Below, piece by piece: positions 19,489-32,331 of a DNA stretch of 64,000 nucleotides (the first letter of the stretch is position 1; each line of letters begins with the position of its first letter). The position numbers and the translations under genes are program-made. Source of the stretch: Desulfatiglandales bacterium (lineage in GTDB: Bacteria; Desulfobacterota; DSM-4660; Desulfatiglandales; HGW-15); contig CAXXJJ010000004.1 in assembly GCA_963667015.2 (NCBI GenBank), positions 4,000,001-4,064,000 on the forward strand. The letters are read 5' to 3'. Under the pieces are notes generated by a model. The model saw only the letters and a program-made list of their open reading frames with translations. It did no database searches and had not been told where the DNA came from.

Positions 19489-21915
19489 CTACTCCTCAAT
19501 CACCTTGGCAACACCAACAACCTTTTCACCTTCACCAAGATCAATAAGTTTCACTCCCTGTGTATTTCTTCCTATCACTGAAATATCAGCTACCCTCAGT
19601 CTTATGATCTTGCCGTGTTCGGTAATTATCATTAGCTGATCCTGTTCGTTGACCTGGTAGGAATAAACAACATTACCATTTCTCTGGGTTGCCTTTATCG
19701 TAAGGATGCCTTTTCCACCTCTTGACTGTACTCTGTATTCTTCTGTTTTTGTACGTTTACCAAAACCGTTTTCAGTAACAGTAAGTATGGTTGAACCTTC
19801 CTTTATAGCCTCCATGCCAACCACTTCATCTCCGGCTTCCAGCCTTATACCTATATTACCGGCTGCAACCCTTCCCATGCTTCTTATATCCTTTTCAGAG
19901 AATCTTATTGATTTTCCCTTAATGGTTCCAATAAAAATATCATTATCACCGTCTGTAACCCTTACTGAGATAAGCTCATCTTTATCATTTATCTTAAGGG
20001 CAATTATTCCGTTAGTTCTCGGATTACTGTAGGCCATAAGATCCGTCTTTTTAATCAGGCCTTCCCTTGTAGCCATCACTATATATGAGTTTTCACTGAA
20101 TTCCTTTATAGGAAGAACCGTTGCAAGTTTTTCGCCCGGCTGTAATTCCAGGAGATTTACAATGGCCTTGCCCTTTGACATCCTTCCTGCCTCCGGAATC
20201 TCATGAACCTTTTTCCAGTAGACACGGCCCTGATTGGTAAAGAAAAGCAGATAATTATGTGATGAAGCAACAAATAGGTGTTCAACAAAATCCTCTTCCT
20301 TTGGAACAACCCCGGTAAGTCCCTTGCCCCCGCGTCTTTGGGCCCTGTAAAGGCTGATGGGGTTTCTCTTTATATAACCCCTGTGACTTATGGTAACAGC
20401 CATATCTTCATCGGCAATAAGATCTTCAATATCCAGTTCTTCATCCTGATCAAGGACCTCTGTCATCCTTTCATCGCCGTATTTTTCCTTTATCTCATTC
20501 ATTTCATCGCGAATGATCTGGAGAACCATGGAAGGGTTATCCAGAATTGATTTATATCTTGCTATATCCTTTATTATATTACTGTATTGTTCATCTATTT
20601 TGGCTCTTTCAAGTCCGGTCAATCTGTGGAGTCTCATATCAAGAATGGCCTGGGCCTGGATCGGTGAAAAATCAAACTCAGACATTAATCTTGCCTTTGC
20701 TTCCTTTGAATCTGCAGAAGACCTTATCAGTGCTATAATTTCATCGAGAAAATCAAGTGCCTTTCTGTATCCTTCAAGTATATGGGCTGTTTCTTCTGCT
20801 TTCCTGAGATCAAAGACTGTCCTTCTTACTATTATTTCTCTTCTGTGATTAATGAAATGCTCTAGGATCTCCTTCAGATTAAGTGTTTGTGGCCTTCCGT
20901 TTACAAGGGCAAGAAAAATTATACCGAAAGATTTCTCCATCTGGGTGAATTTGTAGAGACGGTTCATTACAACAAGTGCCTTGCCGTCGCGTTTTATATC
21001 TATGACAATTCGCATTCCGTCTCTGTCGGACTCATCCCTTATATCTGCTATACCTTCTATCTTTTTATCTTTAACAAGGTCGGCTATGTTTTCGAGTAAT
21101 TTCGTCTTGTTTACCTGATATGGAATCTCTGAAATAACGACACGTTCCTTTGTTTTTACCATCTCAACAAAGGCCCTGGCCCTTATCTTTATGATTCCCC
21201 TTCCTGTCCTGTAGGCTTCTCTTATGCCTTTTCTTCCAAGAATAAAGCCTGCTGTCGGAAAATCAGGGGCGGTTATGATCTTCATCAGATCATTTATGCT
21301 GATATCTGGCCTGTCAATAACCCCTATTATTGCACTACATACCTCTTTAAGATTGTGTGGAGGAATATTTGTTGCCATGCCAACGGCTATTCCGGATGCT
21401 CCGTTTATCAGGAGATTTGGAATATTTGTTGGCATTACCGTTGGTTCAAGGAGCGTATCATCATAATTTGCGGTAAAATCAACGGTTTCTTTTTCAATGT
21501 CAGAAAGAAAATCCTGAGCAAGTTTTGTCATACGTACTTCAGTATAACGCATAGCAGCAGCAGGATCCCCATCAATAGAACCAAAGTTACCCTGACCATC
21601 CACGAGCGGATATCTCATGGAAAAATCCTGGGCAAGTCTTACAATAGTGTCATAGACAGCCGCATCACCATGCGGGTGATATTTACCTATTACATCACCG
21701 ACGATTCTTGCTGATTTTTTATAGGGTTTGTTATTAAAGTTTTTAAGGTCGTACATACCGAATAATACACGTCTGTGTACTGGTTTTAGACCATCTCGTA
21801 TATCAGGAAGAGCCCTCTGAACAATAACACTCATTGAATATTCGAGATAAGATTTTTTCATCTCATCTTCTATGCTTATTGTACTATCGTTTATATCCTT
21901 TACATCCGAAACCAT
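19489..21915 (-). CDS. gyrA: DNA gyrase subunit A
   Basis: [22 protein letters not shown] and GyrA-box QRRGGKG. Confidence 0.98.
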   Translation of the reverse strand: MVSDVKDINDSTISIEDEMKKSYLEYSMSVIVQRALPDIRDGLKPVHRRVLFGMYDLKNFNNKPYKKSARIVGDVIGKYHPHGDAAVYDTIVRLAQDFSMRYPLVDGQGNFGSIDGDPAAAMRYTEVRMTKLAQDFLSDIEKETVDFTANYDDTLLEPTVMPTNIPNLLINGASGIAVGMATNIPPHNLKEVCSAIIGVIDRPDISINDLMKIITAPDFPTAGFILGRKGIREAYRTGRGIIKIRARAFVEMVKTKERVVISEIPYQVNKTKLLENIADLVKDKKIEGIADIRDESDRDGMRIVIDIKRDGKALVVMNRLYKFTQMEKSFGIIFLALVNGRPQTLNLKEILEHFINHRREIIVRRTVFDLRKAEETAHILEGYRKALDFLDEIIALIRSSADSKEAKARLMSEFDFSPIQAQAILDMRLHRLTGLERAKIDEQYSNIIKDIARYKSILDNPSMVLQIIRDEMNEIKEKYGDERMTEVLDQDEELDIEDLIADEDMAVTISHRGYIKRNPISLYRAQRRGGKGLTGVVPKEEDFVEHLFVASSHNYLLFFTNQGRVYWKKVHEIPEAGRMSKGKAIVNLLELQPGEKLATVLPIKEFSENSYIVMATREGLIKKTDLMAYSNPRTNGIIALKINDKDELISVRVTDGDNDIFIGTIKGKSIRFSEKDIRSMGRVAAGNIGIRLEAGDEVVGMEAIKEGSTILTVTENGFGKRTKTEEYRVQSRGGKGILTIKATQRNGNVVYSYQVNEQDQLMIITEHGKIIRLRVADISVIGRNTQGVKLIDLGEGEKVVGVAKVIEE

Positions 21916-21996
21916 TATTATCTCTCCAGAATACCTGATAATATATCCATCAGGTATAAAGTATATTTAAGGTTAAACTCAGACCTTAAACCGTTT

Positions 21997-24387
<2,391 letters not shown>

Positions 24388-24392
24388 TTAAA

Positions 24393-25508
24393 TTAAATCC
24401 TCATAGGCATTATTAAACCGAGAAAACCTTTATCATCCGTGCCCTGTATCATGCATGGACTTGAGTTATCAAAAAAACCAATTATTACATCATCACTTTC
24501 CATTGCCTGAAGTGCATCAACAAAATACTTTGAATTAAATCCTAGTACAATTCTATCATCTGAATATTCGACCGCAAGGTTGTCTTTTACATCACCAAGA
24601 TCAGGATTGATAGAAACAAGTTCCATATTATTATTTTCAAGTGTTATCTGTACTCCTCTGGAACTTTCACTGCTAAGGATCATCATCTTCTTCATTCCAT
24701 CAAGCAGGTCATTTCTTTTTATGGATATACGATTTTTTAATTCAATAGATATAACTTCCCTGTAATCGGGGAATTTGCTTTCAAGGAGTCTTATTACTAT
24801 GAGTGAATTCTCATTTTTAGCAACACAATTATTATCCTTAAAACCAAGGCTTATTTTTTCACCTTCGGAAGCCAGTTTGTTAAGTTCCATCAACCCCTTT
24901 TTGGGGATCATGACACCTTTTTCTATTTTCATATTGTCAAGGTTATCAATATTCTTATCAACCAGAGATAAACGATGCCCATCAGTAGAGACCATTCTTA
25001 ATGTATTTTGTTCTTCGTTATCTAATTTTTCAGTATACACACCTGATAATTTATATCCGGCTTCCTCAAGGGTAACCGCATAGACTGTTTTATTTATCAT
25101 TTCAGTTAATACCGAGCATTCCATCTCAACCATTGATACGTCTTCAGGTTCAACAAAAACAGGATATTCCTCGGAAGGCATACACGCAAGGTTGTACTGA
25201 GTTTTATCGTCCGATATAAATATCCAGTTATTTTCTTTTTCCTTCAGATATATTTCCTGGCTTTTACTTTCCTTAAGTATCTCGAAAAGTTTTCTTCCTG
25301 AAATAGTAATACTTCCAGAAACAAGCACATTTGCCTCTATTGTCTGCTGCATGCTTATTTCCAGGTCGGTTGCCGATATATTGACTGATTTATCATTAGC
25401 TGTAATGAGTATCATTGATAGAATAGGCATGTTACTCCTTTTCTCTATGATACTCTGTACTTTCGATATTGATTTAAAAAGGGAGTCTCTATTAACCTTT
25501 ATTTCCAT
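24393..25508 (-). CDS. dnaN: DNA polymerase III beta sliding clamp
   Basis: ATDLE, STDGHRL, FPDY, FNSKY, IMPMR. Confidence 0.97.
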   Translation of the reverse strand: MEIKVNRDSLFKSISKVQSIIEKRSNMPILSMILITANDKSVNISATDLEISMQQTIEANVLVSGSITISGRKLFEILKESKSQEIYLKEKENNWIFISDDKTQYNLACMPSEEYPVFVEPEDVSMVEMECSVLTEMINKTVYAVTLEEAGYKLSGVYTEKLDNEEQNTLRMVSTDGHRLSLVDKNIDNLDNMKIEKGVMIPKKGLMELNKLASEGEKISLGFKDNNCVAKNENSLIVIRLLESKFPDYREVISIELKNRISIKRNDLLDGMKKMMILSSESSRGVQITLENNNMELVSINPDLGDVKDNLAVEYSDDRIVLGFNSKYFVDALQAMESDDVIIGFFDNSSPCMIQGTDDKGFLGLIMPMRI

Positions 25509-25520
25509 GCCTTCCTCCTA

Positions 25521-25578
25521 TTAATATTTATATATATTTAAATAATAGTAATATTATAGCCTGTTGTATTGTCAAATA
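25521..25578 (-). other. Putative oriC basal unwinding site with non-canonical DnaA boxes
   Basis: Minus strand reads TATTTGACA ATACAACA GGC TATAATATTACTATTA TTTAAATATATATAAATATTAA. This is the box-box-GC motif-trios-AT tract layout, located between dnaA and dnaN. Confidence 0.6.
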
Positions 25579-25751
25579 CCTGAGTAACTGATTGTTATAA
25601 TAATAATTTTTTTTGTTTGTTTTTTTGTATAAAACTGACTTTAAGTTTTAAAATCCGTTTAACGTAAATAAAAATCATAAAAATAAAAATTTATATTAAA
25701 AATTTAAAAAGATTGTTTAAAAAATGTTGGCAGAAAAAATAATTAAAATAT

Positions 25752-27053
25752 TTATGTTAATAGATTTTTAATATTGTCGATATCTCTGCTGACCTCTTTG
25801 TTTTTCTTTTTGGATTTTTCTATCCTGTTTGTTGCATATACTACAGTTGAGTGGTCTCTGTCACCGAACAGATACCCGATTTCTTTTAATGATAGATCCG
25901 TGAAATTTCTTGCCATATACATTGCAAGATGCCTGGGATATGAATAGATCAACTTCTTTTTTTTAGAATTAAGGTCAGATATTGAAATATTAAAATATCC
26001 TGCAATAACAGACTGAATATCCTCTAAACCCAAGCTTATAGCATATCTATCTTTTAATATAGATTTTAAAACTGATAAATTTAATTTACCTTTATTTAAA
26101 GATAAATATGTTTCAATACGTATTATGTTTTTTAAAATTGTTTTTATATTATTATCTGATTTAATTAAAAAATTAATTATATCATCCGAAATTTGTAATC
26201 TTTTATTTTTAATATTATTTTTTATTATTTTTGTCTTTGTTTTTAAATCAATTTCATTTATTTCAGTTAAAAGACCTGAACCTAACCTCGATTTAAGTTG
26301 AGAATTGAAATTATTATAATTACCAGGCGGCTGGTCGCCGGTAATTACAATTTGTTTTTTTTTATCCTGAAAATAATCAAAAAGTGAGATAAATTCATCC
26401 TGAAGCCTTTTTGAATTTCCAATATACTGTATATCATCAAATAATAATATATCCAGTTTAATATATTTATTTTTAAAGTCAGCATAGTTATTATTTTTTG
26501 ACAATTGTCCGAATTCGAAAATAAAATCCTTTGAATTAATATATCCTAAATTAATTTTTTTCGAATAATCATTTATTCTGTTACCTATGGAATTTAAGAG
26601 GTGTGTTTTTCCAATGCCGTATTTTGAAAATATAAAAAAAGGATTATAATAATCTCCAGGATTTTCAGCTATTTCAACAGCTGATGAATATGCAAACTGA
26701 TTACACTCGCCAGTTGTGAAATTTTCAAAGGTCATATATTTATTTAAATTATTATTTAAATTTTTATATTTATTATAAATGTTCTTTTTATTGATATTAT
26801 CTTTGTTATTTTGATAATTGAATAATAATTCGGGTTTTTTATTAGTTATTTTTTTAAATGAGTTATTTAAAACATCCGAATAATTATCACGAAGCCAGTT
26901 TGCTATAAATTTGTTTGGTACATCAATTAAAGCCAGGTTATCATCAAATTTACTTAGCTCGGCCTTTGAAAACCACGTGTCTATCTCTGGCGGTGAAATA
27001 TTTGATTCCAGATCTTTTAAAATGTTATACCAGATTTTTTTTTTTGTTGGCAT
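25752..27053 (-). CDS. dnaA: Chromosomal replication initiator DnaA (divergent, AT-rich)
   Basis: TFENF..G..N, YNPFFI...GIGKTHLL, LLFDDIQ, LKSRL, IG..FGDRDHSTV; upstream of dnaN. Confidence 0.92.
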   Translation of the reverse strand: MPTKKKIWYNILKDLESNISPPEIDTWFSKAELSKFDDNLALIDVPNKFIANWLRDNYSDVLNNSFKKITNKKPELLFNYQNNKDNINKKNIYNKYKNLNNNLNKYMTFENFTTGECNQFAYSSAVEIAENPGDYYNPFFIFSKYGIGKTHLLNSIGNRINDYSKKINLGYINSKDFIFEFGQLSKNNNYADFKNKYIKLDILLFDDIQYIGNSKRLQDEFISLFDYFQDKKKQIVITGDQPPGNYNNFNSQLKSRLGSGLLTEINEIDLKTKTKIIKNNIKNKRLQISDDIINFLIKSDNNIKTILKNIIRIETYLSLNKGKLNLSVLKSILKDRYAISLGLEDIQSVIAGYFNISISDLNSKKKKLIYSYPRHLAMYMARNFTDLSLKEIGYLFGDRDHSTVVYATNRIEKSKKKNKEVSRDIDNIKNLLT

Positions 27054-27267
27054 ACCTGTTTTTTCTATAATAATTTACAATTAGCAAAAGCGTTTGATTC
27101 TAGATAATTTTATGTATAATATCAACTAAAAACTGGTATTTTTATATATTGTTTTTAATAGTTTAAATTATTGATATTATTATTTTTTTTATATATTGTT
27201 ATTATGAAAAAAAATGGATTTTTTAACGTAATCAAAAGCTAAATAAAAGAGGAAGGAGTCTAAAATT

Positions 27268-28014
27268 ATGCCTTTTAGTATAGGTTTGGCAGGGAAAGGC
27301 GGTACGGGGAAAACTACTATTGCTGGTTTACTTGTAAAATATCTTGTTGAAAAGGGTAAAACACCAGTTCTGGCTGTTGATGCAGATTCAAATGCCAATT
27401 TTAACGAAGTTTTAGGGCTCAAGGTAGAGGATACTCTTGGTGATGCAAGAGAAGAGATGAAAAAGGGTGTGGCTACAGGCATGACCAAAGATGTGTTTAT
27501 GGAAATGAAGCTTGAACAGGCAGTTGTAGAAGCTGAAGGATATGACCTTATCGTAATGGGAAGACCAGAAGGTTCAGGATGCTATTGTGCCGCAAATACC
27601 CTTTTAACCCAGTATTTAAGCAGACTTATAGATAATTACGAGTCGGTAGTAATTGATAATGAAGCCGGGATGGAACATATAAGCCGTCTAACAACAAATA
27701 ATATTGATATATTGCTTATTATATCTGATTCATCGAGAAGAGGTATTTTATCAGCGGCCAGGATATCAGAACTTACGGAAGAGCTTGGGGTAAGGATTGG
27801 AAAAAAGATGTTCATAATAAACCAGGTCATAGATGAAAAAAAGGATGATCTTATAAAGGTTGCAGAAGAATTTGGATTGAAGGTCGCCGGGATAATTCCA
27901 GAAGATAAAGAAGTAAGAGATTTTGACCTTAAAGGTATACCAACTATTAAGCTTGAAAATGAAAGTGAATCAATAAAAGCCACATATAAAATTTTTGATA
28001 GTATTTTGTCTTAA
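27268..28014 (+). CDS. cooC: CooC/AcsF Ni-insertion ATPase
   Basis: GKGGTGKTT, AVDAD, GCYC, IDNEAGMEHISR. Confidence 0.93.
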   Translation: MPFSIGLAGKGGTGKTTIAGLLVKYLVEKGKTPVLAVDADSNANFNEVLGLKVEDTLGDAREEMKKGVATGMTKDVFMEMKLEQAVVEAEGYDLIVMGRPEGSGCYCAANTLLTQYLSRLIDNYESVVIDNEAGMEHISRLTTNNIDILLIISDSSRRGILSAARISELTEELGVRIGKKMFIINQVIDEKKDDLIKVAEEFGLKVAGIIPEDKEVRDFDLKGIPTIKLENESESIKATYKIFDSILS

Positions 28015-28108
28015 TAAACAACAATATAATGTATATCCTTGGAATATTATATACATTATATTGTTTAGAAATAAAATATAAATGTTTTATTTTATTGGGA
28101 AAAAAATC

Positions 28109-28137
28109 TTGACAAGGTAGCCTTTGTAAACTATTGT
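28109..28137 (+). promoter_or_regulatory. Sigma70-like promoter upstream of the acs operon
   Basis: TTGACA-17 bp-TATTGT. Confidence 0.5.
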
Positions 28138-28184
28138 TACGCTCCTAATACCCCTGTTTTTATGGGTAATTTTTTTGTGAGCTT

Positions 28185-28202
28185 TTGTTCAATTTTTCAC
28201 AA
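28185..28202. promoter_or_regulatory. Candidate Rex operator
   Basis: TTGTTCAATTTTTCACAA versus the Rex-type palindrome TTGTGAA-N4-TTCACAA; right half perfect. Confidence 0.45.
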
Positions 28203-28577
28203 ATTGATAACAGGGATCTTCATTAATATTGTTGATAATATTTTTTTCAACCCTCTTGGTTTTCGGGATTTTAAAATAATAATGCTATTTTTCGAAAACA
28301 AAATTAATCACTTCCAAAAAAAAGATGATTTACTCATCTCAAAAATAAATAATAATTTAAAATATTTAACGATTTCAATTAACATTAACTGTAATTTTTT
28401 AAAATTTTTATATTTATAGCTTATAAAGTACTAAAATTTATTATTTTTATAAAACCTACTGATAATTAAAAGTTCATGGTTATCAGGTGTATTTGTATTA
28501 ATTGTTTTTTATTAGCATTTCTTTATTAAATATAAAGACTTATAAAAATAAATCGTAAATAGAAGGAGGAAACAACA

Positions 28578-30131
28578 TTGGCCTTTGAAATTCCAAAACA
28601 GCCTTATTCAGGAGTCATTGGTGAGACAATCATAGGAACTGGTGACGGTGCTGTAAAAATTGGTGGAGAAGAATCTTATCCTTTTCATTTATTCGAAGGG
28701 AAAATGCCAAACGTCCCTAAAATAGCAATGGAAGTATGGGATTATGATCCATCCGAAGAATGGCCTGCACCAGCAGTTGAGGCACTTAAAGATGGACTGT
28801 CTTCACCAGAGGTATGGGCAAAAAAATGTGTAGATGAGTATGGCGCTGATATCATTGTTCTTCAGTTGAAAAGCATTGATCCAAATGGCATGAACCGCAG
28901 TGCGGATGAGGCGGCAGCTATTGCAAAAAAACTGGTTGACGCGGTCGATGTTCCTCTTGTCTTCTGGGGAACAGCCAATAATCAGAAGGATGAAGAAGTT
29001 CTTAAAAAGATATCAGAAGTCTGTGATGGTAAAAATGTATCTCTTTCACCGATTGAAGAGGGTAATCACAAAGGTGTTGGTGCGAGCGCTCTTGGGTATG
29101 GTCAGACAATTGTATCATCATCCCCAATCGATGTTAACCTCGCGAAACAGCTTAATATTCTTTTAGGAAACCTTGGTGTTAAAAGTAATAAAACCCTGAT
29201 AGACCCGACGACAGGCGGACTTGGCTATGGTCTGGAATACAGCTATTCGGTGATGGAAAGAATCAGGATGGCAGCACTCACTCAGGAGGATGATAAACTT
29301 CAGATTCCAATGATTAATAATGTTGGAAATGAGATATGGAAGAGTAAAGAGGCCGGTCAGTCTATTGAAGATGCCCCAACACTTGGTGATCCCGAAAAAA
29401 GACCCATTCTAATGGAAGTAACAGCAGCTGTCTGCTATCTTCTTGCCGGATCTGATATCGTAATTTTAAGACATCCAGAGAGCGTAAGGATAGTAAAATC
29501 ATTTATTAATTTAATGACCAATGGCGGGTCAGCTGCAGGTATTGCTGAAATAGCAAAATTAATGGCTGTATCGGAAGTTGATCTTGTATCCCTTTCTCCT
29601 GAAATGGATCTTGCCATCGAAGAAGCAAAGACAGAAAAGAAAGATAAACCAGCTAAAAAAGAAGCTAAACCGGAAAAACCGAAAGCCGAAGCAAAGCCTG
29701 CTCCCAAGAAGGAAAAAGAAGTAGCTCCTAAGAAAGAAGAAAAGAAAGTAGAGGATAAGGCAAAGGTTGAAGCAGAAACCAAGGCAAAGGCGGAGGCTGA
29801 TGCAAAAGCAAAAGCCGAAGCGGAAGAAACTGCAAAGAAAAAAGAAGCAGAGGCCAAGGTAAAAGCTGAGGAAGAAGCTAAAGCAAAGGCAGAAGCTGAT
29901 GCAAAGGCCAGGGCAGAGGCTGATGCAGCAAAGGCAAGAGAAGACGCTAAAAATAAGGAAAAAGAAGAGCTTCAGGCATTAAGATTTAAAAGAGCACAGG
30001 AAAGAGAAAAACATGAAACAGAAATGAAGGCTTCAGCATCCGGTGCAAAAACTAAAACACTATCTAAAGATCAGCTGGATCTCGTGGAGAGATTAACAAG
30101 GAATCTTGATAGAATACATAAACGTGTCTAA
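28578..30131 (+). CDS. acsD: Corrinoid Fe-S protein small subunit with long K/E/A-rich C-terminal extension
   Basis: IDVNLAKQLN, DPTTGGLGYGLEYSYSVMERIR, LRHP. TTG start with AGGAGG RBS. Confidence 0.95.
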   Translation: MAFEIPKQPYSGVIGETIIGTGDGAVKIGGEESYPFHLFEGKMPNVPKIAMEVWDYDPSEEWPAPAVEALKDGLSSPEVWAKKCVDEYGADIIVLQLKSIDPNGMNRSADEAAAIAKKLVDAVDVPLVFWGTANNQKDEEVLKKISEVCDGKNVSLSPIEEGNHKGVGASALGYGQTIVSSSPIDVNLAKQLNILLGNLGVKSNKTLIDPTTGGLGYGLEYSYSVMERIRMAALTQEDDKLQIPMINNVGNEIWKSKEAGQSIEDAPTLGDPEKRPILMEVTAAVCYLLAGSDIVILRHPESVRIVKSFINLMTNGGSAAGIAEIAKLMAVSEVDLVSLSPEMDLAIEEAKTEKKDKPAKKEAKPEKPKAEAKPAPKKEKEVAPKKEEKKVEDKAKVEAETKAKAEADAKAKAEAEETAKKKEAEAKVKAEEEAKAKAEADAKARAEADAAKAREDAKNKEKEELQALRFKRAQEREKHETEMKASASGAKTKTLSKDQLDLVERLTRNLDRIHKRV

Positions 30132-30200
30132 CTGATAATAAAACGATAATTTCATTTTGTTATTTATAGGTAAACAAAACAATAGAGGAGGAACCTCATA

Positions 30201-32243
30201 ATGACTACAGAAGAAGTCAAGGTCAAAGCAACGGCATTAAAGGATAAAAAGGTCGTCAAAGCACTGGACCTTACTATCGATCAGGCAACAGCTGTAATGA
30301 TTGACCGGTCAAGAGAAATGGAGATAGATACCATATTTGACAGGGCTCAGACAATGAAGGCCTGTAATATTGGTATTCAGGGAACATGTTGTAAAAACTG
30401 CTCTCAGGGACCATGCCGGTTACCCTTGCCTAAAGGCGGTGTCGAAGGCAAGGATGACAGAAAAGGGTTATGCGGGGCAACACCTGAGACAATAGCTGCG
30501 AGAAACTTTGCACGTATGGTGGCGGGCGGAGCTGCAGCACACTCAGATCATGGTAGAGGTGTGGCAGAGACATTTCTTGCTGCAGCAAGAAAAGAAACGC
30601 ATGACTATAAAATACAGGATACAAAAAAATTATTAGAGATAGCCCCTGATTTTGGTGTTGATATAAAAATAGAAGGTGAAGACGGTAAGATGCTTGACAG
30701 GGATATCGATGAGATTGCCGTTGAAGTGGGTGAAAAGGCCCTTGCTCAATGGGGGCAGCAGACAGGAGAGGTGTGTACAGTTAAAAGGGCACCTGCACCC
30801 AGATATGAATTATGGAAAAAACTTGGTGTAGTACCAAGAGGAATTGACCGTGAAATAGTCGAAATAATGCACAGGACCCATATGGGTGTTGATCAGCATT
30901 ATGAGAATATAGTTGAACAGTGTTCCAGGGCAGCTATCGCTGATGGATGGGGCGGTTCAATGATAGCAACCGACCTTCAGGATGTCCTGTTCGGATGTCC
31001 ATATCCGGTTAAAAGTACCGCAAACCTAGGTATTTTAAAGGAAGACCATGTAAATATAATAATACACGGGCATGAACCGCTTCTCAGTGAAATGATAGTT
31101 ACTGCGGCCGACCTGCCTGAGATGATAGAATATGCAAAGGAAAAAGGAGCAAAGGGAATTCAGCTTGGCGGTATATGCTGCACCGCAAATGAGATACTTA
31201 TGCGTCATGGCGTTCCGCTAGCCGGTAATTATCTTCAGCAGGAGCTTGCTATCGTAACAGGTGCCGTTGATGCAATGGTTGTTGATGTTCAGTGTATAAT
31301 GGAAAACATCGCCAATGTAGCCGATTGTTTTCATACAAAGGTAATAACAACAAACCCCAGGGCAAGAATTGGTTCAGGCCACACGACCCATATAGAATTT
31401 GATGAACATACGGCCTTTGAAGATGCAAAAAAAATAGTACGAACCGCCATTGATAATTTCCCTAACAGGGAAAAAGAGGTCATGATACCAAATAATTACT
31501 CTGATATCATTGCCGGCTTCAGCTATGAAGCAATAAATTATCATCTGGGCGGCACATTCAGGGGATCCTATACACCCCTTAATGAAAATATAATAAACGG
31601 CCGCATACGTGGCATCGGCGGTGTTGTAGGTTGTAATAATGCAAGGGTTAAACACAATGAAGGTCATATCACCATTGTTAAAGAGCTTATTAAAAATGAT
31701 GTAATTGTTTTAACCACAGGATGTAATGCAATAGCATGTGCCACAGAGGGGCTCCTTACTCCGGAATCCGCCAAGGTATACTGCGGTCCCGGTCTTGCGG
31801 AGGTATGTGAAACTGTAGGAATTCCTCCTGTTCTGCACATGGGATCATGCGTTGATAACAGCAGGATACTTATGGCTGCTTCCGAAGTAGTAAAAGCCGG
31901 GGGTCTTGGAAATGATATCAGCGATCTTCCGGCAGCCGGTTCTGCCCCCGAATGGATGAGTGAAAAGGCCATAAGCATCGGGCATTATTTTGTGACGGCC
32001 GGTGTATATACAGTATTCGGTGTCACCATGCCCGTAGGGGGCGCACCTGTTTTTGAGAATTATCTTTATAATGAGTTTGAAGATATTTATGGCGGTATGT
32101 GGGATCTGGAAGTTGACCCGTATGAACATGCAAAGAAGATGATCGCACATATAGACAAAAAGAGAAAGGCCCTTGGTATCGACAAGGCTCGTGACAGGGT
32201 TCTCATGGATATGGCCGACCGGCAGAAGCTGGAAGCGGCATAA
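30201..32243 (+). CDS. cooS: Anaerobic CO dehydrogenase catalytic subunit (AcsA/CooS)
   Basis: CCKNCSQGPC, AAHSDH, HGHEP, GICCTANE, GCNN, HMGSCVDNSR, PEWMSEKA. Confidence 0.97.
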   Translation: MTTEEVKVKATALKDKKVVKALDLTIDQATAVMIDRSREMEIDTIFDRAQTMKACNIGIQGTCCKNCSQGPCRLPLPKGGVEGKDDRKGLCGATPETIAARNFARMVAGGAAAHSDHGRGVAETFLAAARKETHDYKIQDTKKLLEIAPDFGVDIKIEGEDGKMLDRDIDEIAVEVGEKALAQWGQQTGEVCTVKRAPAPRYELWKKLGVVPRGIDREIVEIMHRTHMGVDQHYENIVEQCSRAAIADGWGGSMIATDLQDVLFGCPYPVKSTANLGILKEDHVNIIIHGHEPLLSEMIVTAADLPEMIEYAKEKGAKGIQLGGICCTANEILMRHGVPLAGNYLQQELAIVTGAVDAMVVDVQCIMENIANVADCFHTKVITTNPRARIGSGHTTHIEFDEHTAFEDAKKIVRTAIDNFPNREKEVMIPNNYSDIIAGFSYEAINYHLGGTFRGSYTPLNENIINGRIRGIGGVVGCNNARVKHNEGHITIVKELIKNDVIVLTTGCNAIACATEGLLTPESAKVYCGPGLAEVCETVGIPPVLHMGSCVDNSRILMAASEVVKAGGLGNDISDLPAAGSAPEWMSEKAISIGHYFVTAGVYTVFGVTMPVGGAPVFENYLYNEFEDIYGGMWDLEVDPYEHAKKMIAHIDKKRKALGIDKARDRVLMDMADRQKLEAA

Positions 32244-32331
32244 TTATAAAAAAGTGGATTCAGCAGCAAACAATTTAAGACTGCTGAATCTGAAAATATA
32301 ATAACCTCTTAAGAAGGGAGGAATAAAAGAA

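Noticed and set aside
28162..28419. 85-aa ORF in the acs leader
   Set aside because: F/I/N/K-rich translation of AT-rich regulatory DNA, no RBS, overlaps the candidate operator.
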